DNA from: an uncultured Gammaproteobacteria bacterium
GTDB taxonomy: Bacteria > Patescibacteriota > Microgenomatia > UBA10105 > UBA927
Direction: 5' to 3'
Assembly (NCBI GenBank): GCA_964621305.1
Contig: CAZUOM010000001.1
Coordinates: 74,390-138,389, forward strand
DNA: 64,000 nucleotides
The notes below the pieces were generated by a model, which was given only the letters and a program-made list of their open reading frames with translations, was not told the DNA's origin and did not search any database. The position numbers and the translations under genes were made by a program. Within the stretch, counting starts at the first letter, position 1, and each line of letters starts with the position of its first letter. Positions 47,835 to 57,340 of this stretch are shown one piece after another.

Positions 47835-49367
47835 TCACAAGGATTTATTCGCCGCGGGATCTTGGGAGAATTCAAGCGGCCTTCCGCTTTTGATTGCGTA
47901 TTCTGCCCGCTGGAGCTCGGTTCCAATGTAGATAAGGTGCGACGGGTCGATAATGAAGTCACCGATGTTGACCATTTGGATATATACCTCCATCGCTGTT
48001 TTTCCGCGCCACTCCTTAAGAAGCAATCCGCCTCCGGGCGCGTAAAGTTTGGCAACGATCTCGTAGGATGTAGCTCGTTGGGGTAGTCTGGCATATTTGA
48101 TGGGTCGGCCGACACGGGGTACATTCACCTCTTCAATCTCAATCACGACGTTTCCGCGCGGGTCTTCGACAAACATCTGCCGACTGGTAAACCCTAATTC
48201 CTTTTCGTAATTATCTTTAAGAATCTTTTCCACTAATTCGTAATCGTCGCTATAGATATGCGCGCTGTGGGTCACCATCACAAAGCCTCCCAATGGATAG
48301 CCGGTTTCATCGGCGATAAATTTTTGCAGTTTGCGAAGGCTAAAAACATTTCTGGGCCATCCGTGAACCATGTCCTGACTGCGGAAATGGGTCGTCATAA
48401 AGAGCTTGTTGTCTTGGATAGAACAAAGCACTTGCGTCAGGCAGGGCGTATCGCCACGATTTGCCTCTGCCCAATCTTCTTTTACGCGGGCGGTGAATGC
48501 TGCCATTTTCTTGGAAAAAGGCCTAGCTTTTATAAGATTTATAATATTTATAATCTGGTCAACTCCGTCGTGATTTCTTAACCGCTGGCCATACGTATAG
48601 GCAATACCGGGAATTTGTTTTGCGGAAAGCACTTGTGGGTAGTATTGCAAAAGTTCGTTTTTACTGAAAGGAAAATAGTGCGGCAGGTATGGTTCTTCAG
48701 GATTTTCGTTATAGACGACGGCCATGACATTTAGTAATTCTTTGAGCTCGTTTTCCTGGGTGTAGCGAGTCTTCTTAATTCTGCCATAGCGCATAACATT
48801 GTTAAGGATCTTGAGCCACGTCTGTGCCGTAGTTTCTCCTGCAATGCGAAATCCAATTTGCTCGCTCGGGTACGTAAATGGTTTGGGGCGGGATATTGGA
48901 AAAATTTTCGGTTCAGAAAATTTTCCCATTGTTTTATTGTTAAATTGTTGTATTGTTGAACGCAGCTCGTCCGGAGATTTACCACGTAGATTGATAACCT
49001 CCACGTTATTGCGGAATTGATCAATCGCCTCTTTCCCAATTTCTTTTTCAACCTGCCCTTTTTTCTCATCGCCGATAATAAAGAAATCTTTATCAACTCC
49101 ATATTGCATAAGCGCTAGTAATGCTTGACCGCTACGCGATAGATCAGCGCCCCATAAAATAATTTTACGGATCACCGGATTTGCGTAGATATTTCTTATC
49201 ATCGCCGAAATTCCGGCCGAGGAATATAGATTACCAATCGCGCAGTAGTTTATTCCGTCAAGGAGTTTAGCGACCACCTGCCGCTCTGTCCACATCACCG
49301 AAACACCAACGGAGTTAGTGGGATCTTTGACCTGAAGAACATTTTTGTAAAGCAAAGGCCAGTCCAT
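47835..49367 (-). CDS. thymidylate synthase (ThyA)-family enzyme with ~180-aa N-terminal and ~140-aa C-terminal extensions
   Basis: core motifs PCLTQ...(catalytic Cys), FRSQDMVHGWPRNV (RSxD...GxPxN), SAHIY; 510 aa versus ~264 for canonical ThyA. Confidence 0.7.
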   Translation of the reverse strand: MDWPLLYKNVLQVKDPTNSVGVSVMWTERQVVAKLLDGINYCAIGNLYSSAGISAMIRNIYANPVIRKIILWGADLSRSGQALLALMQYGVDKDFFIIGDEKKGQVEKEIGKEAIDQFRNNVEVINLRGKSPDELRSTIQQFNNKTMGKFSEPKIFPISRPKPFTYPSEQIGFRIAGETTAQTWLKILNNVMRYGRIKKTRYTQENELKELLNVMAVVYNENPEEPYLPHYFPFSKNELLQYYPQVLSAKQIPGIAYTYGQRLRNHDGVDQIINIINLIKARPFSKKMAAFTARVKEDWAEANRGDTPCLTQVLCSIQDNKLFMTTHFRSQDMVHGWPRNVFSLRKLQKFIADETGYPLGGFVMVTHSAHIYSDDYELVEKILKDNYEKELGFTSRQMFVEDPRGNVVIEIEEVNVPRVGRPIKYARLPQRATSYEIVAKLYAPGGGLLLKEWRGKTAMEVYIQMVNIGDFIIDPSHLIYIGTELQRAEYAIKSGRPLEFSQDPAANKSL

Positions 49368-49936
49368 TACCTCTCTTCTCCAATCTTACTGGGCAGGGGT
49401 GTTTGTTGGCCGATGTATTTGGCCGATTTCTTCTTATTATATGGCACGTCAACGGGTGAACTAAGCTCTTCAAATGTGAGTGCGCATACGCGCATGCCGG
49501 AGTAAAGCGCTACGGGCATCCGGCCGAGGTTGCCAAGTTCCATAACAACCACACCACTCCAACCCGGCTCAAAGATAGAGGCTGTTGAGTGAACAACAAT
49601 GCCAAGTCTGCCTAAGCTGGACCGGCCTTCTAAACGCGCAAGTAAGTTGTCGGGTAGTCTAAATGACTCCATCGTCGTCGCAAGCACAAAATCACCCGGC
49701 TGTAAAATAAACTGCTCCCCTTTTTTCACTTTCACTTCTTTCATCATGTCTTTGACCGGTTTTGGGTTATTGGGGTCAATGTAGGCAAAGCTGCTGTGGT
49801 TAAACACGCGGAAGCTGTCGCCGAGCCGCAGGTCTACAGAACAGGAACCGAGCTGAATCTTAAAATCCGGTTTGGGTCTAATCTTAATTCGCCCTTCAGA
49901 AAGTGCCTTCTTAATATCCCGATCAGAAAGAATCAT
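49367..49936 (-). CDS. dcd: dCTP deaminase
   Basis: dUTPase-fold Dcd pattern (GWSGVVVMEL); 1-nt overlap with the thyA-family gene. Confidence 0.9.
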   Translation of the reverse strand: MILSDRDIKKALSEGRIKIRPKPDFKIQLGSCSVDLRLGDSFRVFNHSSFAYIDPNNPKPVKDMMKEVKVKKGEQFILQPGDFVLATTMESFRLPDNLLARLEGRSSLGRLGIVVHSTASIFEPGWSGVVVMELGNLGRMPVALYSGMRVCALTFEELSSPVDVPYNKKKSAKYIGQQTPLPSKIGEER

Positions 49937-50022
49937 GGAGAGAGTATACGAAAATCGCCGGTCGCAAACAAGAAAGACTTATGGTTTGCAATTCTAGAGG
50001 TATTTTTCTAAAATGTAGCAGT

Positions 50023-50379
50023 ATGGGAATGACTTCTGTTCCGCTTAAAATAAAAAATCCTGCTCACCCTTCAAAGGTCTTTGAAGGCAAGTTTTTGGTG
50101 GACTCTGGAGCAACTTTTACCGTAGCCCCCAGCCAAGCCCTAAAAAAACTCGGAATTAAACCTAAGCGAGAGGTAAATTTAGAACTGGCTGACGGCACAT
50201 GGGTCAAAAGAAAAATAGGAGACGCTCTATACGGTTTCGGCGGACTCGAGGCAGCCGCTCCCGTACTATTTGGCGAAAAGGGCGACAGCCTTTTACTCGG
50301 AACATTTACCATAGAAGCACTAGGGTTAGTCCTTGACCCTCTTAAAAGAGAACTTCGTCAGGCACTACTTAGGCTTTAA
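50023..50379 (+). CDS. retropepsin-like aspartic protease (clan AA), standalone
   Basis: FLVDSGATFTV active-site motif; ~118 aa. Confidence 0.6.
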   Translation: MGMTSVPLKIKNPAHPSKVFEGKFLVDSGATFTVAPSQALKKLGIKPKREVNLELADGTWVKRKIGDALYGFGGLEAAAPVLFGEKGDSLLLGTFTIEALGLVLDPLKRELRQALLRL

Positions 50380-51553
50380 CGCTTTTGTTAAGTAAAAATC
50401 CAATAGTTAGCGGCAAGACTGGCAGCACCAGCAGCCACAGGCGGGCAATGGTGATTTCATCGCCAAGTTGCAAGAGGAAAAACAAGATGACGTAACTGAT
50501 GGTTCGCATCGTGCAAAAAAGAACCGGCTGCTCCAGAATCATGTGATACTTGTTCTGCCACTTGCCCGCTGCTGCATCTACAGCATTGAAATACTCCGCG
50601 GACATGGCAGTAAATAAAAACGAGCCGGTAACGCTTGACAGGATGAGAAACACCCAGACGCCAGTGAGATTTTGAAACAGCCCAAACGAACCGATTGCCA
50701 GTGCCGTTCCTCCGGCTCCAATCCAAAACGCGCGGGAGAATTTTTTAAGAATCCGGATAGAAATAAGACTCCCGGCAGTTGATATGAGTGCCGCAACCGT
50801 GAGTAGAAACCCGAGCATCGACTCTTTGCCGACGACAATATATAACAATATCCCCGTCACAGTTACGAGCGCAACGTCATATAGTCCGAATATGCTCTGC
50901 CACGTCAGAACGAGCTTCCACCGGCGGCTCCGTTTGTGCTCGAGGAGATGTTTGTAGGAAAACCGGGGAATTTCGTGCGACGGCAATTTGCCGATGACAA
51001 TAAGAGCAATAATCATGATGCAACAGGCCAACAAAAAAAGTGTTATGTATCCAGTCTTAACGGAAAGCGCCAAACTTGCCACAAACGAGATGAGCCACCC
51101 GCCTACGACCGGACCCAAGGCGCTGGCAAAATTCACAAGCGCCCCGCTCCAGCCGAAGTAGTCCACCCGCCGGCCGGAGTGGGTAAGTATGTACTGGTTA
51201 AGATTAAACGCCGACCAGTAGATGCCTCCAGAAAATCCACTGATAATACCTAGCGGCAAAATATAGGCTAAACTTCGCTCGCCAAGATAAAACAGCAAGA
51301 AGTAGAAAATTGCGGCGACGAGGAAACTAAGTTTCATAAGAGTCCCCGAGGAAATTTTTCTCAACGTTCAACCGGACAGCGCGTAGAAAAAAGTAAAAAG
51401 TCCCATGTTGATGATGTTATAGAGAATCGTCGTTTTAAGGTCGCTGTTAGCGTAGAAAAAGACCGTGACAAAAACGCCCACCAGCGAGAAGGAAAGAAAG
51501 TTAAAAAACTGAATAATGAGGAGCTTGCGCTCCTCGCCGGATAAATTCCGCAT
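50369..51553 (-). pseudogene. MFS-type transporter interrupted by one in-frame TGA (51368-51370)
   Basis: ORFs 51368..51745 and 50369..51364 share a frame and together give a 12-TM MFS-like protein; a single stop separates them. Confidence 0.5.
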
Positions 51554-51594
51554 ACCTTTGTATTGTAGGCTATTGGGGCGGCCTGAGGATAGAG

Positions 51595-52308
51595 TTACTT
51601 TTTGACTAAATACGAACTGCGCGTTTTGGGCTTGAAGCGCTCGGTAGCGTAACGCAGGGTCGTGCGCGGCATACGGGAGGCATATTTGGCGAGAAACGCC
51701 TCCAGAACTTTTTCGTCGCGCTTGCCTACTTCCCGCAGCATCCAACCGACGGCTTTGTGCATGAGCTCATGCTTGTCGTTGAACAAAAGTTCGGTCATGG
51801 CAAACGCATCTGCAAAATCGTTTCTTTTGATGAATGCATAGGTTGCCAACATAGCAATCCGCCGCTCCCAGACGATTTTTGATTTTGCCAACTTATATAA
51901 AAGTTTTTTCTCTTTCGGATGGCCAAGGAGATAGCCCCCGACAATGACAGGCGCAGATCCGTCAACAAGGTCCCAGTTGTTAACGTATTTGGTATTGCGA
52001 AGATAGAGCTTGTAAATCCTTTGCCGATCCTCGTCGGCCGCTTTGACAAACTTGAGTGCCAAAATTATGAGAGCCGTCTGGCGGTGTTCATGTATCTTGC
52101 TGTGCAATGATTCTTCGAGGTCCTCAAGCGCAAGATGGGTAAACTTCTTGGCAATCCTGCGCTCGTCCGGCACAATGACGCCAAGAAACACATCTCCCTC
52201 TCCATACTCGCCTTTGCCGGTTTTGAAATATCTGCCTAGAAATGCCGCTTTCTGCGGATTGGCATGCGAGTCAAGTTCGCTGATAAAATCGCCGGTAGTC
52301 AAAGCCAT
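51595..52308 (-). CDS. DNA alkylation repair enzyme (AlkD-like HEAT-repeat glycosylase)
   Basis: PF08713-type pattern (HELMHKAVGWMLREVGKRD). Confidence 0.8.
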   Translation of the reverse strand: MALTTGDFISELDSHANPQKAAFLGRYFKTGKGEYGEGDVFLGVIVPDERRIAKKFTHLALEDLEESLHSKIHEHRQTALIILALKFVKAADEDRQRIYKLYLRNTKYVNNWDLVDGSAPVIVGGYLLGHPKEKKLLYKLAKSKIVWERRIAMLATYAFIKRNDFADAFAMTELLFNDKHELMHKAVGWMLREVGKRDEKVLEAFLAKYASRMPRTTLRYATERFKPKTRSSYLVKK

Positions 52309-52326
52309 ATGCCTTCACACCCTATT

Positions 52327-52352
52327 GTACATCTCTTTTAACCACTTGACTT
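52327..52352 (+). repeat. perfect tandem 13-mer TTAACCACTTGAC x2
   Basis: seen directly upstream of gene 52441. Confidence 0.8.
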
Positions 52353-52365
52353 AACCACTTGACGA

Positions 52366-52402
52366 AATTATCGAACCCGCACAAAATAATGCCATGGCAT
52401 CC
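52366..52402. promoter_or_regulatory. 35-bp palindromic element (GCACAAAAtAATGCCATGGCATcCcaaTTTGCGGG), copy 1
   Basis: central perfect palindrome ATGCCATGGCAT; a near-identical copy at 53173-53207. Confidence 0.45.
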
Positions 52403-52440
52403 CAATTTGCGGGTCCCTTTTTACTCGTGGGGTTTAACAT

Positions 52441-53154
52441 ATGAAACGGCGGAAATTACTCAAAAACCTTATACCAAAAAGGTCACGAAAGTCACGACAA
52501 GAGTTTACGGGCACTATCCCCTCTGACGAGAAAATTGCCCAACTGGCGCAGATACTCAAAAAACAGATCCAGGGCGAAAAACTTCATAACAGATATGCGA
52601 CGGTACGAAAAATCCTGACTTTATTGGGAGTTGGTACCGTCCTTTCTCTCGCCTTGATTTCGCCAACTGCGATCGTGCTTGCAAAACCGTTTTTGGATGA
52701 AAAACGTCGTCAAGATAGAGAAACGTGGAAACAATTCAACTCACGTTACCTCCGATCAACCATAAAAAGACTTCGTAAGAAAAAACTCGTTACAATCGAG
52801 GAGCGCGACGGCGAAAAGATCGTCATCCTTGCCAAATATGGAAAACAGAGAATTGTCAAATATTCCCTTGACAACCTGACTATTGACAAACCAAAAGTTT
52901 GGGACAGTCGGTGGCGGCTCGTCATTTACGACGTCCCAAAACAAAAGCGGCACCTTCGCGATCTGTTTCGCGAGACGCTCAAAAGTCTGGGCTTTTATCA
53001 GCTGCAGGAAAGCGTCTGGCTCTACCCGTATCCCTGCGAACCGCAGATTACGTTTCTGCGTGAGTATTACGGAGTCGGCAATGAAGTGGTCTACGTCGTT
53101 GCAACTACTTTGGAAGATGATGCACCATACAGAACGTATTTTGGCCTATCATAA
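52441..53154 (+). CDS. winged-helix + Cas2-like/PaaX-C-like domain protein (putative regulator)
   Basis: the C-terminal WRLVIYDVPKQKRHLRDLFRETLKSLGFYQLQESVWL matches the Cas2 core beta-alpha-beta pattern; the N-terminus is basic/wHTH-like. Confidence 0.5.
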   Translation: MKRRKLLKNLIPKRSRKSRQEFTGTIPSDEKIAQLAQILKKQIQGEKLHNRYATVRKILTLLGVGTVLSLALISPTAIVLAKPFLDEKRRQDRETWKQFNSRYLRSTIKRLRKKKLVTIEERDGEKIVILAKYGKQRIVKYSLDNLTIDKPKVWDSRWRLVIYDVPKQKRHLRDLFRETLKSLGFYQLQESVWLYPYPCEPQITFLREYYGVGNEVVYVVATTLEDDAPYRTYFGLS

Positions 53155-53172
53155 AGGTAAGATTCAGTAACG

Positions 53173-53207
53173 CCGCAAAAACTAATGCCATGGCATTCCT
53201 TTTTGCA
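53173..53207. promoter_or_regulatory. 35-bp palindromic element, copy 2 (GCAaAAAAcTAATGCCATGGCATtCcttTTTGC)
   Basis: same orientation and core as copy 1, immediately 3' of gene 52441..53154. Confidence 0.45.
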
Positions 53208-53267
53208 CCCCCTTTCGCGCTCATCTTTGTTTCTTCACGTCTCGGTGGTACAACACATCACTCATTC

Positions 53268-53780
53268 TTAGCTTGAAAGCATAGTGTTCAAGGAGATCGT
53301 GGAAATTTTATTGAGTTCTCCGCGATAATCAGCAGACTGTGATGAATAAAACTTTTTCATGATTTCGGGCGCAACGCCTTTCATTTTTTCTACTAAGCGT
53401 TTTTTGATGTATGGGGATAAGTTGATGTGTTCAACAAAGAGCTCCTCAACTCCAACATCTTTCAGTGCATCAAAGATATCTTTAAGTTAGTCAGGCGTTG
53501 CGGCAAAGTGTGGAAGCAAGAGACCGACGAAGGCGTAGGTTTTGAGACCTGCGTGACTTGTTTAGCATACCAACCGTCCCCTGCAGCCTGGGAGATTGAT
53601 TTTTGCAAACACATAATTTCCCCAATCTGCTACGGTCTTGCCTACCATTCTTCCCATGAAACTCGCATAGCAGTAACTGCATCCGAAGACAGGACAAGGC
53701 TTATTGAGTTCTATGTTTTTCTTTACCGGATAAACTCTGCTATACTTCTCTCGTGTGAAAGAGAAACTATGAACCAACAC
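53268..53780 (-). pseudogene. radical-SAM-like remnant (Cys motif [10 protein letters not shown]) with two in-frame TAA stops
   Basis: N-terminal ORF 53562..53780 and the C-terminal continuation to 53268 share a frame; no intact ORF. Confidence 0.4.
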
Positions 53781-55154
53781 CTTCGGACTTCCATAGTTAT
53801 TGGTGCTGCTCTATTTCTATTACTTTTTGCTCCCACCGCCTCCGTTGACGCCGCAATGTCCTACGGATCCGGCATCTACACCAACCTTTGCGGCACGGCG
53901 ACATCGGCAACAGCCAATACCTGCAACAAAGGATGCAATACATCAACTGGCGCGTGTAGCGCTTCCTATGTTGTCAAGTGGACGTGCGATGGTAAAACAA
54001 CGGACTGCCGCAGCAACGAAACGTCGTTTGCCTCTTCACAATCACTGGGCAGCCCTGGTTGTGGTAAAACAGTGCAGATAGACGTGTTCAACAAGAACTG
54101 CCGCGCGGGCGGCGGATGGACTTGTTCGGACGCTGACTTGCAAGATTATATAGTCTGGTATTCCGGCGACTGCGGCGGGCAAATACCAGCCTGTGACTCC
54201 AACGCAGTATCCATGGCCGTAAACCCGCAACCGGCGCCGCTTGGCTCCAACGTATCGTTTTCTGTAAGCGGTTCGCAAGGATCAACCTGGATTGCAGACT
54301 CCTGGTCCGGCGGGGTATCCTGTACGGGACCATTTTGGGGAACAAAATCTTGCAATGCGATTGCCTCGGGAACCTATACCTGGACTCACAACTGGAAAAA
54401 TTGTTCTGTTTCGACGGACAATTGCGGAGGAGTTTGTACGAAACAAATAAATTACCAAATTCAATCCGGTCCAACACCAACCCCGACAGCAACCTGTGAT
54501 GGATTCAGTGTTGTTTCCGGCAATAATGCACTCGTGCCCGCCACCGTGGTGCTTCGCGCGCGCGCTACCAACGCTACCCGGTACCGATTCTACTTTGGAG
54601 ACGGCAAACAAGAAGAGTCAACATCCAACGAGATAACTCATCGATATGAAAATTCCGGGACGTTCACCGCGCGCGTCGATATCAAAGACCCGCAGGACAA
54701 TTGGCGGACGAGTTCTTCCTGCGAAGCGACACTAACCGTCAAATCACTACCGATCGAATCGCAAAAATCAGATTGTTCAGATCTGTTTATTCTTGAAGGA
54801 GACAACAAAGAAGCGCCATCTACCGTAAAAGCATCAGTTACTGGTTATGACAACAAGGGTAATATTAAAAAATACCAGGTCAACTTCGGCAACGGCATCA
54901 TTCAGGAATCTGAATCTTCTACGTTCTCCTACACATACGCCAATCCGGGTACATACACGATAAGCGGCTATATCCGCGACTCGAGGGACAACTGGAAAGG
55001 CGGTGCCGGAAGCTGCCAAAAAACGATATCTATTAAAACAAAAGCAATCGTATCCCAGCCCAAAACCGGCCCGTCCACAATCTTTACCGTTATCGGACTA
55101 GGAGCAGGACTTGCGGCGTTATGCCTAAATTTACTTCGCCGGCGATTGTCATAG
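53769..55154 (+). CDS. cell-surface protein with Cys-rich N-region, PKD-like repeats and C-terminal sortase sorting signal (QPKTG + TM + RRRLS)
   Basis: signal peptide from the ATG at 53769; repeats YRFYFGDGK.../YQVNFGNGI...; LPxTG-like PKTG motif followed by a hydrophobic stretch and a basic tail. Confidence 0.7.
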   Translation: MNQHLRTSIVIGAALFLLLFAPTASVDAAMSYGSGIYTNLCGTATSATANTCNKGCNTSTGACSASYVVKWTCDGKTTDCRSNETSFASSQSLGSPGCGKTVQIDVFNKNCRAGGGWTCSDADLQDYIVWYSGDCGGQIPACDSNAVSMAVNPQPAPLGSNVSFSVSGSQGSTWIADSWSGGVSCTGPFWGTKSCNAIASGTYTWTHNWKNCSVSTDNCGGVCTKQINYQIQSGPTPTPTATCDGFSVVSGNNALVPATVVLRARATNATRYRFYFGDGKQEESTSNEITHRYENSGTFTARVDIKDPQDNWRTSSSCEATLTVKSLPIESQKSDCSDLFILEGDNKEAPSTVKASVTGYDNKGNIKKYQVNFGNGIIQESESSTFSYTYANPGTYTISGYIRDSRDNWKGGAGSCQKTISIKTKAIVSQPKTGPSTIFTVIGLGAGLAALCLNLLRRRLS

Positions 55155-55771
55155 CAGCGCTATTTATATCACTTGCCGTTTTCCTCCTGTGGTTTCTCTC
55201 TGTTGCTCTCCCAGTTCTAGCAGTCGAGGCAAGGTTTCAGTATAAAGCAACCCTGCGCTCTACCTTTGGAGCCACCCGCCTTCGGGACGTCATATGGCCG
55301 CAACTGCGGATCAAACTCCCGGAACTGGGACAAAACACCCAAAACGGCATTATAATCCCTGCCATATTCGTGGATGAACCCGTTGTTTACAACGTAAACC
55401 CAAATGATGAAAAAGACTATAAAGCGGCATTGAGGCGCGGTGTTGCCCATGCCGCCGGAACAGGGATACCCGGAAGTGGGAATATTGGCTACTACTTTGC
55501 ACACTCAACCACACCCTCGTTTGTCACCCAGTACAATGCAGTTTTTTATCTCCTGGGAAAGCTTAAACCGGGTGATGAGGTTGACATCTGGTACAAGGGA
55601 ACAAAGACACGATATGCTGTCACCTTTTCAAAAATCACCGAAGGGTCCGACGTGTCATTCCTCTCTGCCAGTTCTCCAGAAGAAACTATTGTCCTCCAAA
55701 CCTGTTGGCCGCCGGGAACGGCGCTAAAGCGTATGCTTGTATTTGCAAAGAAAAAAAATCACATACGATAG
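55121..55771 (+). CDS. sortase-family transpeptidase
   Basis: N-terminal TM anchor; catalytic LQTCWPPGT (TLxTC) and a downstream Arg. Confidence 0.75.
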   Translation: MPKFTSPAIVIAALFISLAVFLLWFLSVALPVLAVEARFQYKATLRSTFGATRLRDVIWPQLRIKLPELGQNTQNGIIIPAIFVDEPVVYNVNPNDEKDYKAALRRGVAHAAGTGIPGSGNIGYYFAHSTTPSFVTQYNAVFYLLGKLKPGDEVDIWYKGTKTRYAVTFSKITEGSDVSFLSASSPEETIVLQTCWPPGTALKRMLVFAKKKNHIR

Positions 55772-55777
55772 CAGTTG

Positions 55778-55849
55778 TGGGTGATCCAGGGATCGAACCT
55801 GGGACCTCGTTCTTATCAGGAACGCGCTCTACCACTGAGCCAATCACCC
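55778..55849 (-). tRNA. tRNA-Ile (anticodon GAT)
   Basis: cloverleaf folded by hand: acceptor GGGTGAT/ATCACCC, anticodon loop CTGATAA, T-loop TTCGATC; no encoded CCA. Confidence 0.85.
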
Positions 55850-56015
55850 GGTTTGAGTCTATTTATAAAATTGCTCGAAGATATTTTACCAAAAATTACT
55901 GACAAATGTTAGCGTCGGCTCCATTACGCCGCTAGTTTTTGAAACCTCACTTCTACGAACAAGGTGGGCAGGGAAAAAACTGGTGAAGGCAATGACAGTT
56001 TTATAAAAAAGGAAT

Positions 56016-56975
56016 CTAACTTACGCCATGATAGGCGCGTAACGCCTCGAGGGAACCTAGACCTTCAAGAGCAGGAGCGGAAAAGTTTGCGAGGCTACCT
56101 GGCAGTCTATTAATGGCGCCATGCCTACTAAATGTGATTATGCCTATACTATCAGTAATTAAAGGTATTTTATGAGCATTTGCATCGGCGATAGCATTGG
56201 AAAATCTTTTCATCAGTTCGGCCTTTCGAATCGATTTCTTTGTCATAGCAACTAATACGGCCTCAATAAACGGCTGTGTGGTTCCCCAACCAGATTTTCC
56301 TACTCGCATCCTAAAATGACTTCGATTATCCCGTGGAGACAAATGGGCTACGGGTCCGTCCTCTCTGATATGAGAGAGCCACCAAATGCTTTGATCGACA
56401 AACTGATCCTCTTTTTTAAAAGAGGCCAAAATATCAGTCAAATATGATGGATTTGTCAGAATCCCACTTCCGAGCAGTGAACCTATTCCGTACTTTAACC
56501 GCCCTTGTATAAGATTATTTGTCCACCAGCTAAATACTTCTCTTTTCCCAACATCACTATCAAATGAGGCGATAAACTGCATCATTTCTTTACTATTATA
56601 TGTTGATAGTTTTTCTCTTATCGAATTAAGCACATCTTTTTTTACTGCGTCGTCGCAGTCACATAATGCTGCAAGTAGACCATCTACGACTCCTGAGTCG
56701 ACCTTTTTATTGCTTGATCGCAGAGAGCTACTGCGAGGAGTTAAACCTTTGTTTAAACGGGATTTTATCATTTCAATCTTTTCTTTTTCATCAAGCTCGT
56801 CCGTATAAGGAATGAGTCTTGCGGCTTGTTTGCGTACCTCCGCTGTAACCAACCCACCACCTTGCGGGTCGTAATCTAAGAAGTGACCGATCTGCCCATT
56901 GGGTAAGGATAATTTTCTGTCTGCCGCAGCCTGCAAAACCGAAGCGATTATTCCATCATGAAATATTTGAACCAA
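56016..56975 (-). CDS. hypothetical protein (319 aa)
   Basis: ORF only; sits between two tRNAs next to an IS remnant. Confidence 0.4.
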   Translation of the reverse strand: MVQIFHDGIIASVLQAAADRKLSLPNGQIGHFLDYDPQGGGLVTAEVRKQAARLIPYTDELDEKEKIEMIKSRLNKGLTPRSSSLRSSNKKVDSGVVDGLLAALCDCDDAVKKDVLNSIREKLSTYNSKEMMQFIASFDSDVGKREVFSWWTNNLIQGRLKYGIGSLLGSGILTNPSYLTDILASFKKEDQFVDQSIWWLSHIREDGPVAHLSPRDNRSHFRMRVGKSGWGTTQPFIEAVLVAMTKKSIRKAELMKRFSNAIADANAHKIPLITDSIGIITFSRHGAINRLPGSLANFSAPALEGLGSLEALRAYHGVS

Positions 56976-57069
56976 AGCTCCAAGTCTTTCTCTATCGTAA
57001 CTTCCTCTATCTGGAAAAGTCTTATTTCTTAAGCCTATGTATTGCTCATCTTGTCAAGTACCCGTTTTT

Positions 57070-57340
57070 TTAGACGGTCATCTTCTTTCTTTTTTCTACA
57101 GGCGTCATTTTGAGAATTGAGTGAATACGTTTATGGTTGTAATAATATACCTGCTGATAAATGTATTCAATCAGTTCCCCAAACGAACGAAATCTGTTTA
57201 AATCACCGGCTTCCAGTTTGAAATGTCCAAAGAATGATTCCTGATATCCATTCTGCCATGGTCAACCTTTTTCGCTCATGGATATTTCAGCTCCGATAAT
57301 TTTCACAAAGGCAATGAAGTCCTCACTGTCATATTCCGAT
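57070..57340 (-). pseudogene. IS3-family transposase C-terminal (rve/DDE) fragment with in-frame TGA
   Basis: translates to ...SMSEKG*PWQNGYQESFFGHFK...YYYNHKRIHS... (integrase-core signature); abuts the tRNA-Cys 3' end. Confidence 0.6.

Noticed and set aside
385-48581. Numerous antisense or overlapping ORFs in the track (e.g. 385..702, 2519..3056, 4011..4385, 8214..8768, 40474..40935, 46927..47373, 48258..48581)
   Set aside because: They are embedded antisense or out of frame within strongly supported conserved genes and show low-complexity or non-protein-like composition.
53427-53768. The 5' 114 codons of ORF 53427..55154
   Set aside because: They are antisense to the radical-SAM remnant and precede the signal peptide. 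The RBS-less ATG at 53769 begins a canonical signal sequence.
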